Part shown: positions 53,350-63,789 of the stretch, piece after piece | Layout: the number at the start of each line of letters is the position of its first letter | How positions within the stretch are numbered: the first letter of the stretch is position 1 | Assembly (NCBI GenBank): GCA_963777955.1 | Contig: CAVZSQ010000022.1 | Coordinates: forward strand, 384,001 to 448,000 | From: Calditrichia bacterium | GTDB taxonomy: Bacteria > Calditrichota > Calditrichia > JAJRVZ01 | Direction: 5' to 3' | DNA length: 64,000 bases | Position numbers and translations under genes: made by a program | The notes under the pieces: model-generated | The model's input: the letters and a program-made list of their open reading frames with translations, nothing else | The model's database searches: none | What the model was told of the DNA's origin: nothing

Positions 53350-54827
53350 ATGTGTAAGCATTTCACTAAATACATTGCTCTTGAGTGCATTATTTCAATT
53401 TTCTTTTCTATTTCAATAATTCAGGCTCAGGTAGACACGCTTATGGACAAAAACGTTTGGGGGAAATATTGAGGAAACTGGTTATTCAGTTCAGCAGATT
53501 TCAGATGGAGGATATATCATAATTGGATATACAGTCCTCATTTGGTGGGGGTGGATGGGATGTCTGGTTGATTAAAACAAATGAAGATGGTGATACCCTC
53601 TGGACAAAAACGTTTGGGGGGAGTGATTATGATAAGGGTTTGTCAGTAAATCAGACTAAAGATGAAGGATATATTATTACTGGATTTACGAGTTCATTCG
53701 GTACTGGTAATTCTGATGTTTGGTTAATTAAAACAAATGCCCATGGTGATACCCTCTGGACAAAAACATTCGGGGGGAGTGGTTACGAACATGGTTATTC
53801 AGTTCAGCAGGATTCGGATGGAGGATACATTATAACTGGATATACATCCTCATTCGGTGCTGGTGACGATGATGTTTGGCTAATTAAAACAAATACCTCT
53901 GGTGATACACTTTGGACAAAAACATTTGGGGGAAATAGTGATGATTATAGTTATTCGGTCAGACAGACCAAAGATGATGGATATATCATAACCGGATATA
54001 CACATTCATTTGGCGCCGGCGCCGATGATATTTGGCTGATCAAAACAAATACCTATGGTGATACCCTTTGGACCAAAACATTTGGGGGGAGTGATTATGA
54101 TGTTGCATTATCAGTCCAGCAAACCAGTGATGAAGGATACATTATAACTGGACGTAAAGATTTAGTTGCCGATGGCAATGGTGATGTTTGGTTAATTAAA
54201 ACAAATTCATATGGCGATACTCTATGGACTAAGACCTACGGGGGACGAGGGATTATGATATGGCATATTCAGTTCAACAAACTTTTGACAAAGGATACAT
54301 AGTGGCAGGAACAACCTGTTCATTTGGTGCGAATATCCAAGATATATGGTTGATTAAAACAAATACTGATGGCGATACCATTTGGACAAAAACTTTTGTA
54401 GGAAGTGGTGCGAATGTTGCATTTTCAGTCCAACAGACTACAGACGAAGGATATATTATTACTGGATGGACAACTTCGTTTGATAATGGTAACGGTGATA
54501 TTTGGTTAATTAAAACTACAGCGGATGCTACAATAGTTAAAAAAAATAGTAACAATATTCTTTCAGATTACAAATTGTTCCAAAATTTCCCAAATCCATT
54601 TAATCCGAAGACAACCTTTAAATATTCTATTTCAAAATCAGATGAAGTGACGATTTCTAGTATATTCTATTTCTGGTCAGATTATTGAATCAAAAACTAT
54701 GAATTTAAATCCAGGTGACTATAGTTATGAATTTAATGGGACCAAATATTCTAGTGGTATATACTTTTATAAGATTTCGACTTTGTCGGGTTTTACTGCA
54801 GAACGAAAAATGGTGTTGTTGAAGTAA
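53350..54827 (+). CDS. 7-repeat T9SS-CTD protein, copy 3; several frameshifts
   Basis: MCKHFTK...IQAQVDTL start; seven repeats; [11 protein letters not shown]...ERKMVLLK*. Confidence 0.85.
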
Positions 54828-55044
54828 TTTGTAACTGGTAACTGGTAATTAGTAATTTTTTTTATTGGTATTATTTAGAACGTTAGTAAAAATACTATTG
54901 AAGTTTCATATTTATTCTAAAACTAATAGTTCGAAAATTATTCAATCCACCCCCAGTTCTTAAAATTCCAAATCCCAAGTACCAAATCCCAAATCCAACT
55001 TGCAACACGAATTTGAGAGGCTCAGGCAGCAAGTCATTGAATTA

Positions 55045-55230
55045 TGGATTCATCCCGCAAGGATGAATATTTGTAGTAAAAGCAATGCCCATATTTGAAG
55101 TTCGATGCCGAAGGTATTGCACACCTTCTGTTTTAGAAAGAGATAAATATTGTTCGAACCCTACGGGGTCGCAAAAATTATATACGGGAATATTTTGATA
55201 TAAACATTTGATGCCTACGGCATCAGATCC
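55045..55230. repeat. cluster of four short hairpins; possible empty end-pair of an IS200/RAYT-type element
   Basis: TTCATCC-cgcaa-GGATGAA, ATGCC-gaa-GGTAT, ACCC-tacg-GGGT, GATGCC-tac-GGCATC. Confidence 0.5.
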
Positions 55231-55273
55231 GCAACATAAATGTCGCGGGTACCCATCAGTTGGTTCATTCTTG

Positions 55274-55334
55274 ACTCTCCCCAAGCCCCTCCCTGTTCGC
55301 CTCCTGGCGAACAGGGAGGGGTGGGGGTGGGTTA
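55274..55334. repeat. CCCCTCCC...GGGAGGGG palindromic repeat (right flank of the array)
   Basis: CCCCTCCCTGTTCGCC-tcct-GGCGAACAGGGAGGGGTGGGGGTGGGT. Confidence 0.8.
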
Positions 55335-55337
55335 CTA

Positions 55338-55369
55338 AGGTACTCAGGTACTCAGGAACTAAGGTACTA
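55338..55369 (+). repeat. four-unit AGGWACTM 8-mer tandem array
   Basis: AGGTACTC AGGTACTC AGGAACTA AGGTACTA, overlapping the peptidase stop codon. Confidence 0.85.
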
Positions 55370-56740
55370 TAACCCATACTCACTTAATAAATACACCAGC
55401 GTCGCCATCGCCGCCGTGCCCAGTTCAAGTTCACGCGGATGCACTTCGGCCAGGACGTCATTGGCCGAATGGTGAAAATCAAAATAACGCTGGCTGTCGG
55501 GAACATACCCGATACGCGCCTTGGCCTGTTTGATTTTACCTACATCGGCGCCGCTGCCGCCTTTACGCACCCAATCAATACCGCACAGATCAAAAACATC
55601 CTGCCAACCCTGGATCTTGAGCAAAGTCAGGGAATCGGCATCGACACTGAAACCCCGCGGAGTCAGCACACCGCGGTCGGATTCTATAACGGCCAGATGA
55701 TTAAGTTTCAGGGAATCGCTCCGGGCCGCATAAGTTTTCGCCCCGGTCTGATGCTGTTCTTCATCTATAAACAATACACAGCGAATGGTGCGTTTGGGCT
55801 TGATCTGAAGTTTCTTGAAAAGGTACAGAACTTCCATGGCCTGGACACAACCGCCGCCGTCATCATGGGCACCACAACTCAGATCCCAGGAATCAATATG
55901 CGCACCGACCAGGATGATCTCATGCGGAAATGTACTGCCAGTTATCTCCCCGATCACATTGTATGAAGTAGTGTCGGGTTCCGGTCTGCAAGACAAATTC
56001 ATGGTCAATTCAAGTTTGGGATCTTTATGCAGTGCCGAACTCAAAAAATCGGCATCGATTTGACCGATGGCCGCTGCCGGTATACGGATACCGCCATCCT
56101 CATAATAAGTCACACCGGTGTGCGGATTATTATCATATTTTGAAGTCACCGAACGGACCAGAACTGCAACTGCACCGAGTTTCCCCGCCCGGGCTGCTCC
56201 GCGGCCGCGCTGATCAACCGCCTGGCCATACGATTCATGGGGATTCAGCCTGCCCGGGTCGAACGGGCGATTGTAAAATACAATTTTCCCCTGAACCTGA
56301 AGGCCGAGGCTATCTACTTCAGCCAGACTTTTAACTTCAACTACAGGAGCAGTAACACCGGCAGAGCCGGTACCTATGCTGCCGCCCAGAGCGGCAATGG
56401 CCAGGTTTTTCTGTTTACAACAGGAAGACCGGCTGATCAGAAGTCGCTCGGCGTTCCCCTTTTCCAATTAGGCGCAAGAACCGGCTGCAAACTGACAGAA
56501 TCGGCGCCAAAATCCTGCATCATCTTTTTTGCCCAGGAGATAGCCTGCAGAGATTTTGTTGATCCGCACAATCGCGGACCGATAGCACATAATTCTTTCA
56601 GCCAGACGATATCCCTGCCGGTCCGTCAAAGCAGTCCTGACAAATGCTCTGGCTATATTTTTTTGCTGTTCTATATCCGGCTGAGCGACAGCGGCAGAAT
56701 AAAGTACCAGCCAGCAGAGAAAAATGATCTTCCAAGGCAT
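55367..56740 (-). CDS. M28 family metallopeptidase (carboxypeptidase Q-like); frameshifts in the 5' part
   Basis: Signal peptide, GKIVFYNRP, PHTG, GAHIDSWD, GAHDDG, DEE, ESDRG and YFDFHH motifs. Confidence 0.9.
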
Positions 56741-57080
56741 AAACCATCCGCCAATTAAATTATACTTTTAAATTAATTATTTTAAAAATAAATACGGAAC
56801 TTAATATAGAAAATTCGATATTCAAAATACCAGATTATTTACTTTTAAACTCATATTTTTGTCCTTACAGGCAGGAGCGATCAACAACTCAATGTACAGT
56901 CAAGGAAAAACCTTACTTCGCAAATCGTATAAAAAAACATTTATTTTTAGGGATTTTTATTCTAATTTTGCAAAACCTCTGAACACCTTTGAATAATTTT
57001 AATTCAAATACCCAGACGAGGTTTAATCTGGCTGTGATTCTGATCAGGCAGTTTACAATAATAAATAATCATAATAATGA

Positions 57081-58160
57081 ATGACAGGTGAAATGAGTAA
57101 CGTATCAGCACGAATCAAACTTGAAGACGGGACTGAATTACATGGTTTCTCTTTTGGGGCCGAACAAAGTGTAAGCGGTGAAGTCGTATTCAATACCGGC
57201 ATGGTTGGTTATCCCGAGGCCCTGACCGATCCTTCTTACCGGGGACAAATATTGATCCTGACTTATCCGCTTATCGGTAATTATGGTATACCCAATGAAG
57301 ACCGTGAAAATGGTCTTTTGAAAAATTTTGAGTCTGACCGGATTCAGGTGTCCGGGTTGATAGTATGTGATTATACCGACGAAGTGTATCATTACAGTGC
57401 GGTAAAAACTTTATCAACCTGGTTCAAAGAGCAGGGCAAACCGGCTTTGTCTGGGATCGATACACGCTTGCTCACCAAAAAGTTGCGTTCCGAGGGCACG
57501 ATGCTGGGTAAGATCGTGTTCGGGACGGAAGACAAACTTGTGTTTGAAGATCCCAATAAGCGCAATCTGGTTGCTGAAGTCAGTGTCAAAGAACCGGTCG
57601 AATACCACAAGGGCAAGAAAAAGGTGATTTTGGTCGATTGCGGAGTCAAAAATAATATTATTCAATCTTTCCTGCGGCGCAATATCAGCGTAATCCGGGT
57701 ACCCTGGAATTATGATTTTGGTAAAGTGAAAGCGGATGGAGTGGTTATATCAAATGGTCCGGGCGATCCGCAGACCTGCCGGCAGACCATTGAAAATTTA
57801 AAACAGACTATGACCCAGAACCGGCCTATACTCGGAATCTGTCTGGGTTCGCAGATCCTGGGTCTGGCCTGCGGGGCCAGGACTTATAAACTCAAATATG
57901 GACATCGCAGTCATAATCAACCCTGCAATGAAATGGGTACTAAACGCTGTTATATTACCAGCCAGAATCATGGCTATGCTATCGACAGTAAAACTTTGCC
58001 GCAGGACTGGCGTGAATGGTTTTATAATGATAATGACGGTACCAATGAAGGTCTGCTGCATATTGCAAAACCATTCTTCGGCGCCCAATTTCATCCGGAA
58101 GCCTCACCCGGACCGGATGATACCGAGTTCATGTTTGATATGTTCGTGAGAACATTGTAG
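57081..58160 (+). CDS. carA: carbamoyl-phosphate synthase small subunit
   Basis: GEVVFNTGMVGY, SNGPGDP, GICLG, TSQNHG and QFHPE motifs. Confidence 0.98.
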   Translation: MTGEMSNVSARIKLEDGTELHGFSFGAEQSVSGEVVFNTGMVGYPEALTDPSYRGQILILTYPLIGNYGIPNEDRENGLLKNFESDRIQVSGLIVCDYTDEVYHYSAVKTLSTWFKEQGKPALSGIDTRLLTKKLRSEGTMLGKIVFGTEDKLVFEDPNKRNLVAEVSVKEPVEYHKGKKKVILVDCGVKNNIIQSFLRRNISVIRVPWNYDFGKVKADGVVISNGPGDPQTCRQTIENLKQTMTQNRPILGICLGSQILGLACGARTYKLKYGHRSHNQPCNEMGTKRCYITSQNHGYAIDSKTLPQDWREWFYNDNDGTNEGLLHIAKPFFGAQFHPEASPGPDDTEFMFDMFVRTL

Positions 58161-58163
58161 CAC

Positions 58164-58202
58164 ACACCACCTCCGAGGTTATTAGAACCTCGGAGGTGGT
58201 GT
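58164..58202. repeat. ACCTCCGAGGT-family REP-like palindrome (copy 3), between carA and carB
   Basis: ACACCACCTCCGAGGTT-attag-AACCTCGGAGGTGGTGT. Confidence 0.85.
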
Positions 58203-58227
58203 ACCAGAACAGCGTAAAGGACACATA

Positions 58228-61200
58228 ATGATCAAACGCATTAATCCAGACAAGGTCCTAATTTTAGGTTCAGGGGCATTACAGATCGGACAGGCCGGAG
58301 AATTTGATTATTCCGGCAGCCAGGCCATTAAGGCTTTAAAAGAAGATAAAATCACCACTGTTTTGATTAATCCAAATATTGCCACGATTCAAACCTCAGA
58401 AAATTTTGCCGATGAGGTCTATTTTTTACCGCTCACTCCATATTTCGTCGAAAAAGTCATTGAAGCCGAAAAGCCCGATGGGATTCTGCTTGGTTTCGGC
58501 GGCCAGACCGCGCTTAATGTAGGAGTCGAATTACATCGCAGCAAAGTGTTGGAGCGGCACGGTGTCAAAGTGTTAGGCACTCCGGTTGAAACGATCCAGA
58601 ATACCGAGGACCGTGACCTTTTTGTCAGGCGGACCACCGAAATCGGATTAAAAGTGCCGGTCAGTAAGAGTGTGGCCACGGTCGAAGAAGCGATCGCCGC
58701 TGCCGATCAGATTGGTTATCCGGTGATGCTGCGGATCGCCTATGCACTGGGTGGATTAGGTTCGGGTATCGTACAGAACCGGGAAGAGTTGATTGAAAAA
58801 ACCCGGCGGGCGTTTTCTTTCACCAAGCAAATCCTGGTGGAAGAATCCCTTTATGGCTGGAAAGAAATTGAATATGAAATTGTACGGGATTGCCATGATA
58901 ACTGTATCTCCATCTGTTCTATGGAAAATGTGGATCCCATGGGCATCCATACCGGTGACAGCATTGTGGTGGCTCCGGTACAAACCCTGACGGCCCGGGA
59001 AAATTTCAATCTGCGTTCCATAGGTATCAAACTGATCCGGCATCTCGGTATCGTCGGCGAATGTAATATACAGTTTGCCCTGCACCCGGATTCCGAAGAT
59101 TACCGCATCATTGAAGTAAATGCCCGGCTCAGCCGCAGTTCGGCCCTGGCCTCCAAAGCCAGCGGTTATCCGCTGGCCTTCCTGGCGACGAAACTGGCTC
59201 TGGGTTATGCCTTGAATGAAGTTCAGAACATCATCACCCAGGTCACCTCGGCCTGTTTCGAACCGGCCCTGGATTACATCGTGGTAAAATACCCGCGCTG
59301 GGATCTGCAGAAATTCAACCAGGTCAGTACCGAACTGGGTTCGGAAATGAAATCGGTCGGCGAAGTGATGTCTATCGGCAGAAGTTTTGAAGAGGCATTT
59401 CAAAAAGCAATCCGCATGCTGGATATCGGTGCCGAAGGTTTCAGCGGGCATAAACTGGAATTCAGTGATCTGGACAAATCTGTCGCTGTAGCCAGCGATA
59501 AAAGAATTTTCGCCATCGCTAATGCTCTGAAAAATGGGTATTCCGTAAAACGGATTCAGGAGCTCTCAAAAATCGACGGCTGGTTTCTGTCTAAAATGAA
59601 AAAAATTATAGATGTTGAAAATCTACTGAGCCGGCAGCAACTCGATACGGTTTCAGCGGATCTGCTGCGCCAGGCAAAACAAGCCGGCTTTTCCGACAAG
59701 CAGATGGCTGCTTTGTTCATGGCCGATGAACGGGATGTCCGGCTGCGGCGAAAGAATCTTGGGGTAATCCCGTATGTCAAGCAGATTGACACGCTGGCGG
59801 CCGAATATCCGGCCAGGACCAACTATTTATATCTTACCTATCACGCTAGCGAAGATGATCTGCAGTTTAATCAGCAGCAACAGATTGTGGTGCTGGGCGG
59901 GGGGCCCTATCGTATCGGTTCCTCGGTTGAATTTGACTGGTGTTGTGTGAACTCCGTTCTGACCTTGAATAAACTGGATTATAAAACGATCATGGTTAAT
60001 TGCAATCCGGAAACGGTCAGTACCGATTATGATATTTGCGATAAACTGTACTTTGAAGAAATCAGCCTGGAAAGGGTGCTGGATATATATGATAAGGAGC
60101 AGCCGCTGGGTTTAATTATCTCCATGGGCGGGCAGATACCCAATAATCTGGCTCTGAAACTTCACCGCTATCAGATCCCCATTCTGGGGACATCTCCGCT
60201 ACAGATTGACAATGCTGAAGATCGGAATAAATTTTCCAGTATTCTGGATAGATTGGAAATTGACCAGCCGGAATGGCGTGAATTCACCGATCTCAGCGAA
60301 GCAGAAAAATTTGCCAATCGTGTCGGTTATCCCGTACTGATCCGTCCCAGTTACGTGCTGAGCGGTGCGGCCATGAATGTGGTGATTTCATCGGAACAGT
60401 TGCATGCCTTCTTACAGCAGGCTGCCGAAATCAACCAGGAACATCCGGTGGTGATCAGTAAATTCATCACCGAGGCCAGGGAAATAGAGATCGACGCGGT
60501 GGCCAGCCAGGGTGAGATGGTCTGTTATGCCATCAGTGAACATGTGGAAAATGCCGGTGTACATTCCGGCGATGCGACCATGGTGTACCCGCCCCAGCGG
60601 ACCTATCTGGAGACCATGCGCCGGGTTAAGATGATCGCCAAACAAATTGCCCGGATCCTGGAAATTTCCGGTCCGTTCAATATGCAATTTATCGCCAAAG
60701 ATAATGACGTGAAGGTCATCGAATGCAATTTACGGGCCTCGCGCAGTTTCCCCTTTGTTTCTAAAGTGACAAAAAATAATTTTATAGATTTCGCCACGCG
60801 GGCCATCATGGATAAACAGATTCCGAAAACCGAAATCGCTCCGTTTGACCTGGAACATGTGGGTGTAAAATCCCCGCAGTTTTCATTTACACGTCTGAAG
60901 GGATCGGATCCGGTACTGGGTGTGGAAATGGCCTCTACCGGTGAAGTCGCCTGTCTGGGTGATGATTTCGAAGAAGCCTTTTTGAAGAGTCTGATGGCAA
61001 TCGGTTTTGCCATACCCAAAAAATCGATTCTGTTATCTACAGGTTCTCTGCGTAATAAGGCGGCTTTCCTGGAAGAAACGCGAATTCTGGCCGGTATGGG
61101 ATTTGTCTTCTATGCCACCGAAGGTACGGCAAAATTTATGGAAAAGAACGACCTGCTGGTTACGACTCTGAACTGGCCCCTGGAGAAAAAAGAACCGAAT

Positions 61201-61422
61201 GCTCTGACCTATATAGCCGATGGCAAAATCGATCTGGTCATCAATATTCCCAAAAGCGCGGAGCGCAGTGAGTTGACCAACGGTTATCTGATCCGGCGTC
61301 AAGCAATCGATCATAACATCCCGCTGATCACCAATTTGCAATTAGCCAGGCGCCTGGTCAAAGCCATGCAATCGAAGAAATTGGTGGATTTGAAAATAAA
61401 AAGCTGGGAACAATATGATTGA
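58228..61422 (+). CDS. carB: carbamoyl-phosphate synthase large subunit
   Basis: IGQAGEFDYSG, IEVNARLSRSSALASKA, RPSYVLSG; MGS domain. Confidence 0.98.
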   Translation: MIKRINPDKVLILGSGALQIGQAGEFDYSGSQAIKALKEDKITTVLINPNIATIQTSENFADEVYFLPLTPYFVEKVIEAEKPDGILLGFGGQTALNVGVELHRSKVLERHGVKVLGTPVETIQNTEDRDLFVRRTTEIGLKVPVSKSVATVEEAIAAADQIGYPVMLRIAYALGGLGSGIVQNREELIEKTRRAFSFTKQILVEESLYGWKEIEYEIVRDCHDNCISICSMENVDPMGIHTGDSIVVAPVQTLTARENFNLRSIGIKLIRHLGIVGECNIQFALHPDSEDYRIIEVNARLSRSSALASKASGYPLAFLATKLALGYALNEVQNIITQVTSACFEPALDYIVVKYPRWDLQKFNQVSTELGSEMKSVGEVMSIGRSFEEAFQKAIRMLDIGAEGFSGHKLEFSDLDKSVAVASDKRIFAIANALKNGYSVKRIQELSKIDGWFLSKMKKIIDVENLLSRQQLDTVSADLLRQAKQAGFSDKQMAALFMADERDVRLRRKNLGVIPYVKQIDTLAAEYPARTNYLYLTYHASEDDLQFNQQQQIVVLGGGPYRIGSSVEFDWCCVNSVLTLNKLDYKTIMVNCNPETVSTDYDICDKLYFEEISLERVLDIYDKEQPLGLIISMGGQIPNNLALKLHRYQIPILGTSPLQIDNAEDRNKFSSILDRLEIDQPEWREFTDLSEAEKFANRVGYPVLIRPSYVLSGAAMNVVISSEQLHAFLQQAAEINQEHPVVISKFITEAREIEIDAVASQGEMVCYAISEHVENAGVHSGDATMVYPPQRTYLETMRRVKMIAKQIARILEISGPFNMQFIAKDNDVKVIECNLRASRSFPFVSKVTKNNFIDFATRAIMDKQIPKTEIAPFDLEHVGVKSPQFSFTRLKGSDPVLGVEMASTGEVACLGDDFEEAFLKSLMAIGFAIPKKSILLSTGSLRNKAAFLEETRILAGMGFVFYATEGTAKFMEKNDLLVTTLNWPLEKKEPNALTYIADGKIDLVINIPKSAERSELTNGYLIRRQAIDHNIPLITNLQLARRLVKAMQSKKLVDLKIKSWEQYD

Positions 61423-62867
61423 GTGATACGGGAGTCATGCACAGGTACAAAAATCTAAGTTTCCCGATCAAAATAATTATCACGGTTATGCTGACTTTAT
61501 TCACGTCAGCCGCGCTCTATACACTCTCGCTCTTTCCGCAAAATGGATATCTGTCTTTAGTTGCTTTTGTCATAATATTTTTAAACCTGGCAGCGATCTT
61601 CAATCTTCAGGATTTTAAAATCTATACTAAAATTTTTCTTGGTCTGGGCCTGGGTGTGTTGGCGGGATTGCTGGTTGGGCAGCATATCGAACTTTTTTAT
61701 CCGGTCGGACGAATTTTTATTACCCTGATCAAAATGATCGTGGTTCCGCTGGTGTTCGCATCCCTGCTGGTAGGTACGGCCAGTATCAGCGATATTAAAA
61801 AACTGGGCCGCATCGGTTTGCGTACGCTGATTTTCTATCTGCTCTCCACGATACTGGCGGTTACAATCGGTCTATTGTTTGCAAATATATTCAGGCCCGG
61901 CAGCAATATAACACCTGAAGTTCAAAGTCAATTATTGCAGAACTACCGGCAGGAAGCAGCCGGTGAAATTTCCATATCTGCTGTAAAACCTCCGCTGCTG
62001 GAAACCATCTTGAATACCATTCCTGAGAATCCGGTTCGTGCCCTGGCTGACGGCAACATGCTGCAAATAATTTTTTTCGCATTGATCAGCGGTATTGCTG
62101 TGACCAGTCTGGCTGAAGATAAAAAACAGATCCTGGTAAAATTTTTCGAGGGTATCAACGATATTGCCATCAATCTGGTCCAGCTGATCATGAACTTTGC
62201 TCCTTATGGAGTTTTCGCACTGATTTCATTTGTAATCGGCAAGTATGGTTCGGCAATGATAGTGACCTTATTGAGCTACTTTTTAATAACCCTCCTGGCC
62301 TTGACCTTTCATCAGGTTCTTTTTAACAGTGCGGTAATCCGCTTTTTGACTCCCATGAAAGTGCAGGAATTCTGGCGTGGCATTTATCCCGCTTTGCTGG
62401 TATCCTTCTCCACCAGTTCCAGTAATGCCGCCCTGCCGGTGAGCATCGAGTGTGCCGAAAAAAGTCTGCGGGTCACACCCGAAATCGCCAGTTTTGTATT
62501 GCCCCTGGGGGCGACGGTCAATCAGCATGGTACCGCTATATACCAGGGTATCACTGCCGTGTTCATCGCTGCGGTTTATGGCATAAATTTAACGATGGTT
62601 GACCAGGTGACTATTATAATTACCGCCACGCTGGCTTCACTGGGTACCGCTGGAGCACCCCAGGCCGGGGTGATTATGCTGACCATGGTTTTACAGAGTG
62701 TAGGCATTCCCCTGGAAGGCATTGCTTTAATTCTGGGAGTAGAACGATTCCTGGATATGGCCAGGACAGTGGTTAATACTACCGGAGACATTTCCTGCGC
62801 CTGTTATATCGATTATAAAGAACGTGTTAAGGGGATTAATCATCATGAAAATCAAATTATCGTTTAA
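61419..62867 (+). CDS. dicarboxylate/amino acid:cation symporter (GltP/GltT family) with two extra N-terminal helices
   Basis: IKMIVVPLVF, FSTSSS.AALP, PLGATVN..G and RFLDMARTVVN motifs. Confidence 0.93.
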   Translation: MSDTGVMHRYKNLSFPIKIIITVMLTLFTSAALYTLSLFPQNGYLSLVAFVIIFLNLAAIFNLQDFKIYTKIFLGLGLGVLAGLLVGQHIELFYPVGRIFITLIKMIVVPLVFASLLVGTASISDIKKLGRIGLRTLIFYLLSTILAVTIGLLFANIFRPGSNITPEVQSQLLQNYRQEAAGEISISAVKPPLLETILNTIPENPVRALADGNMLQIIFFALISGIAVTSLAEDKKQILVKFFEGINDIAINLVQLIMNFAPYGVFALISFVIGKYGSAMIVTLLSYFLITLLALTFHQVLFNSAVIRFLTPMKVQEFWRGIYPALLVSFSTSSSNAALPVSIECAEKSLRVTPEIASFVLPLGATVNQHGTAIYQGITAVFIAAVYGINLTMVDQVTIIITATLASLGTAGAPQAGVIMLTMVLQSVGIPLEGIALILGVERFLDMARTVVNTTGDISCACYIDYKERVKGINHHENQIIV

Positions 62868-63684
62868 TGAAGCATTAAATGCACTGATTTCCCAGAAGTC
62901 AACTTATCTGTGCATCGGCCTGGATCCGGACATAGATCATATTCCGGCGCACCTGAAGTATGAAAAAAATCCGCTTGACCTGTTTGTGCGTGAAATAGTG
63001 GAGGCAACCCAGGATCTGGTGGTGGCCTACAAAGCCAATCTGGCCTTTTATGAATGCGAAGAGTTTAACGGTTGGGAAGCTCTCAAAAATTTGTGTTTTA
63101 TGCGGCCGGATAACGTATTATTGATTCTGGATGGTAAACGCGGTGATATTGCCAATACCGCGCGAAAATATGCTGCCACTTATTTTGATTTACTCGGCGC
63201 CGATGCTGTCACCCTGCATCCATATATGGGCTATGATTCGCTTGAGCCATTTATAAAAAAACCGGACAAGGGCGCTTTTGTCCTGGCCTTAACGAGCAAT
63301 GAGGGAGCCGCAGATTTTCAACATCTGCAAATTGGGACGGCCTCCCTGCATCAACATATTGCCCGTAAAGTGGAAAGCTGGAATGTACATAATAATTGCG
63401 GACTGGTAGTCGGAGCGACTGACATCGAGGGTTTAAAAATTTTGCGGCGCATGATTCCCCAGTTGCCTTTTCTGGTGCCCGGGGTTGGCGCGCAGGGTGC
63501 CAATCTCAAAGAGGCAATAAAATATGGCCGCAATCAAAACGGGACCGGTTTGCTGATCAATGTCGGCCGGGATATCATCTATGCCGGTCAGGAAAAGGAT
63601 TTTGCCAGGAAAGTAAGAGAGCAGGCGCTGAAGTACAGTCGTGAAATGGCGGAGTTGATGCGTACCAGTTGGGATTATATTTGA
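62845..63684 (+). CDS. pyrF: orotidine-5'-phosphate decarboxylase
   Basis: LCIGLDP, DGKRGDI, TSN, VVGAT and PGVGAQG motifs. Confidence 0.95.
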   Translation: MKIKLSFNEALNALISQKSTYLCIGLDPDIDHIPAHLKYEKNPLDLFVREIVEATQDLVVAYKANLAFYECEEFNGWEALKNLCFMRPDNVLLILDGKRGDIANTARKYAATYFDLLGADAVTLHPYMGYDSLEPFIKKPDKGAFVLALTSNEGAADFQHLQIGTASLHQHIARKVESWNVHNNCGLVVGATDIEGLKILRRMIPQLPFLVPGVGAQGANLKEAIKYGRNQNGTGLLINVGRDIIYAGQEKDFARKVREQALKYSREMAELMRTSWDYI

Positions 63685-63789
63685 TAAATAAACTTGTTTT
63701 AATGGCTGTAGTTTATTATTAATTAATAAAGTCGGGCGCGGCGGAAGAGCTTTCCTGGAGTTGATAGTATTTTAACGAATGCTGAGGGC

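Noticed and set aside
49870..54827. CRISPR array or DGR suggested by ~150-bp periodic repeats
   Set aside because: The repeats are protein-coding with codon-type variation. There are no cas genes, no reverse transcriptase and no adenine-specific template/variable repeat pair.
49525..55334. integron cassette array
   Set aside because: No integrase, and no clear RYYYAAC...GTTRRRY attC palindromes at the unit boundaries.
55042..55383. 113-aa minus-strand ORF as a transposase
   Set aside because: It runs through palindromic repeats and has no HUH or DDE motif.
56980..57040. PyrR-binding loop upstream of carA (ACCCAGACGAGGTTT)
   Set aside because: Only loosely resembles ARUCCNGNGAGGYU, and no terminator/antiterminator structure is evident.
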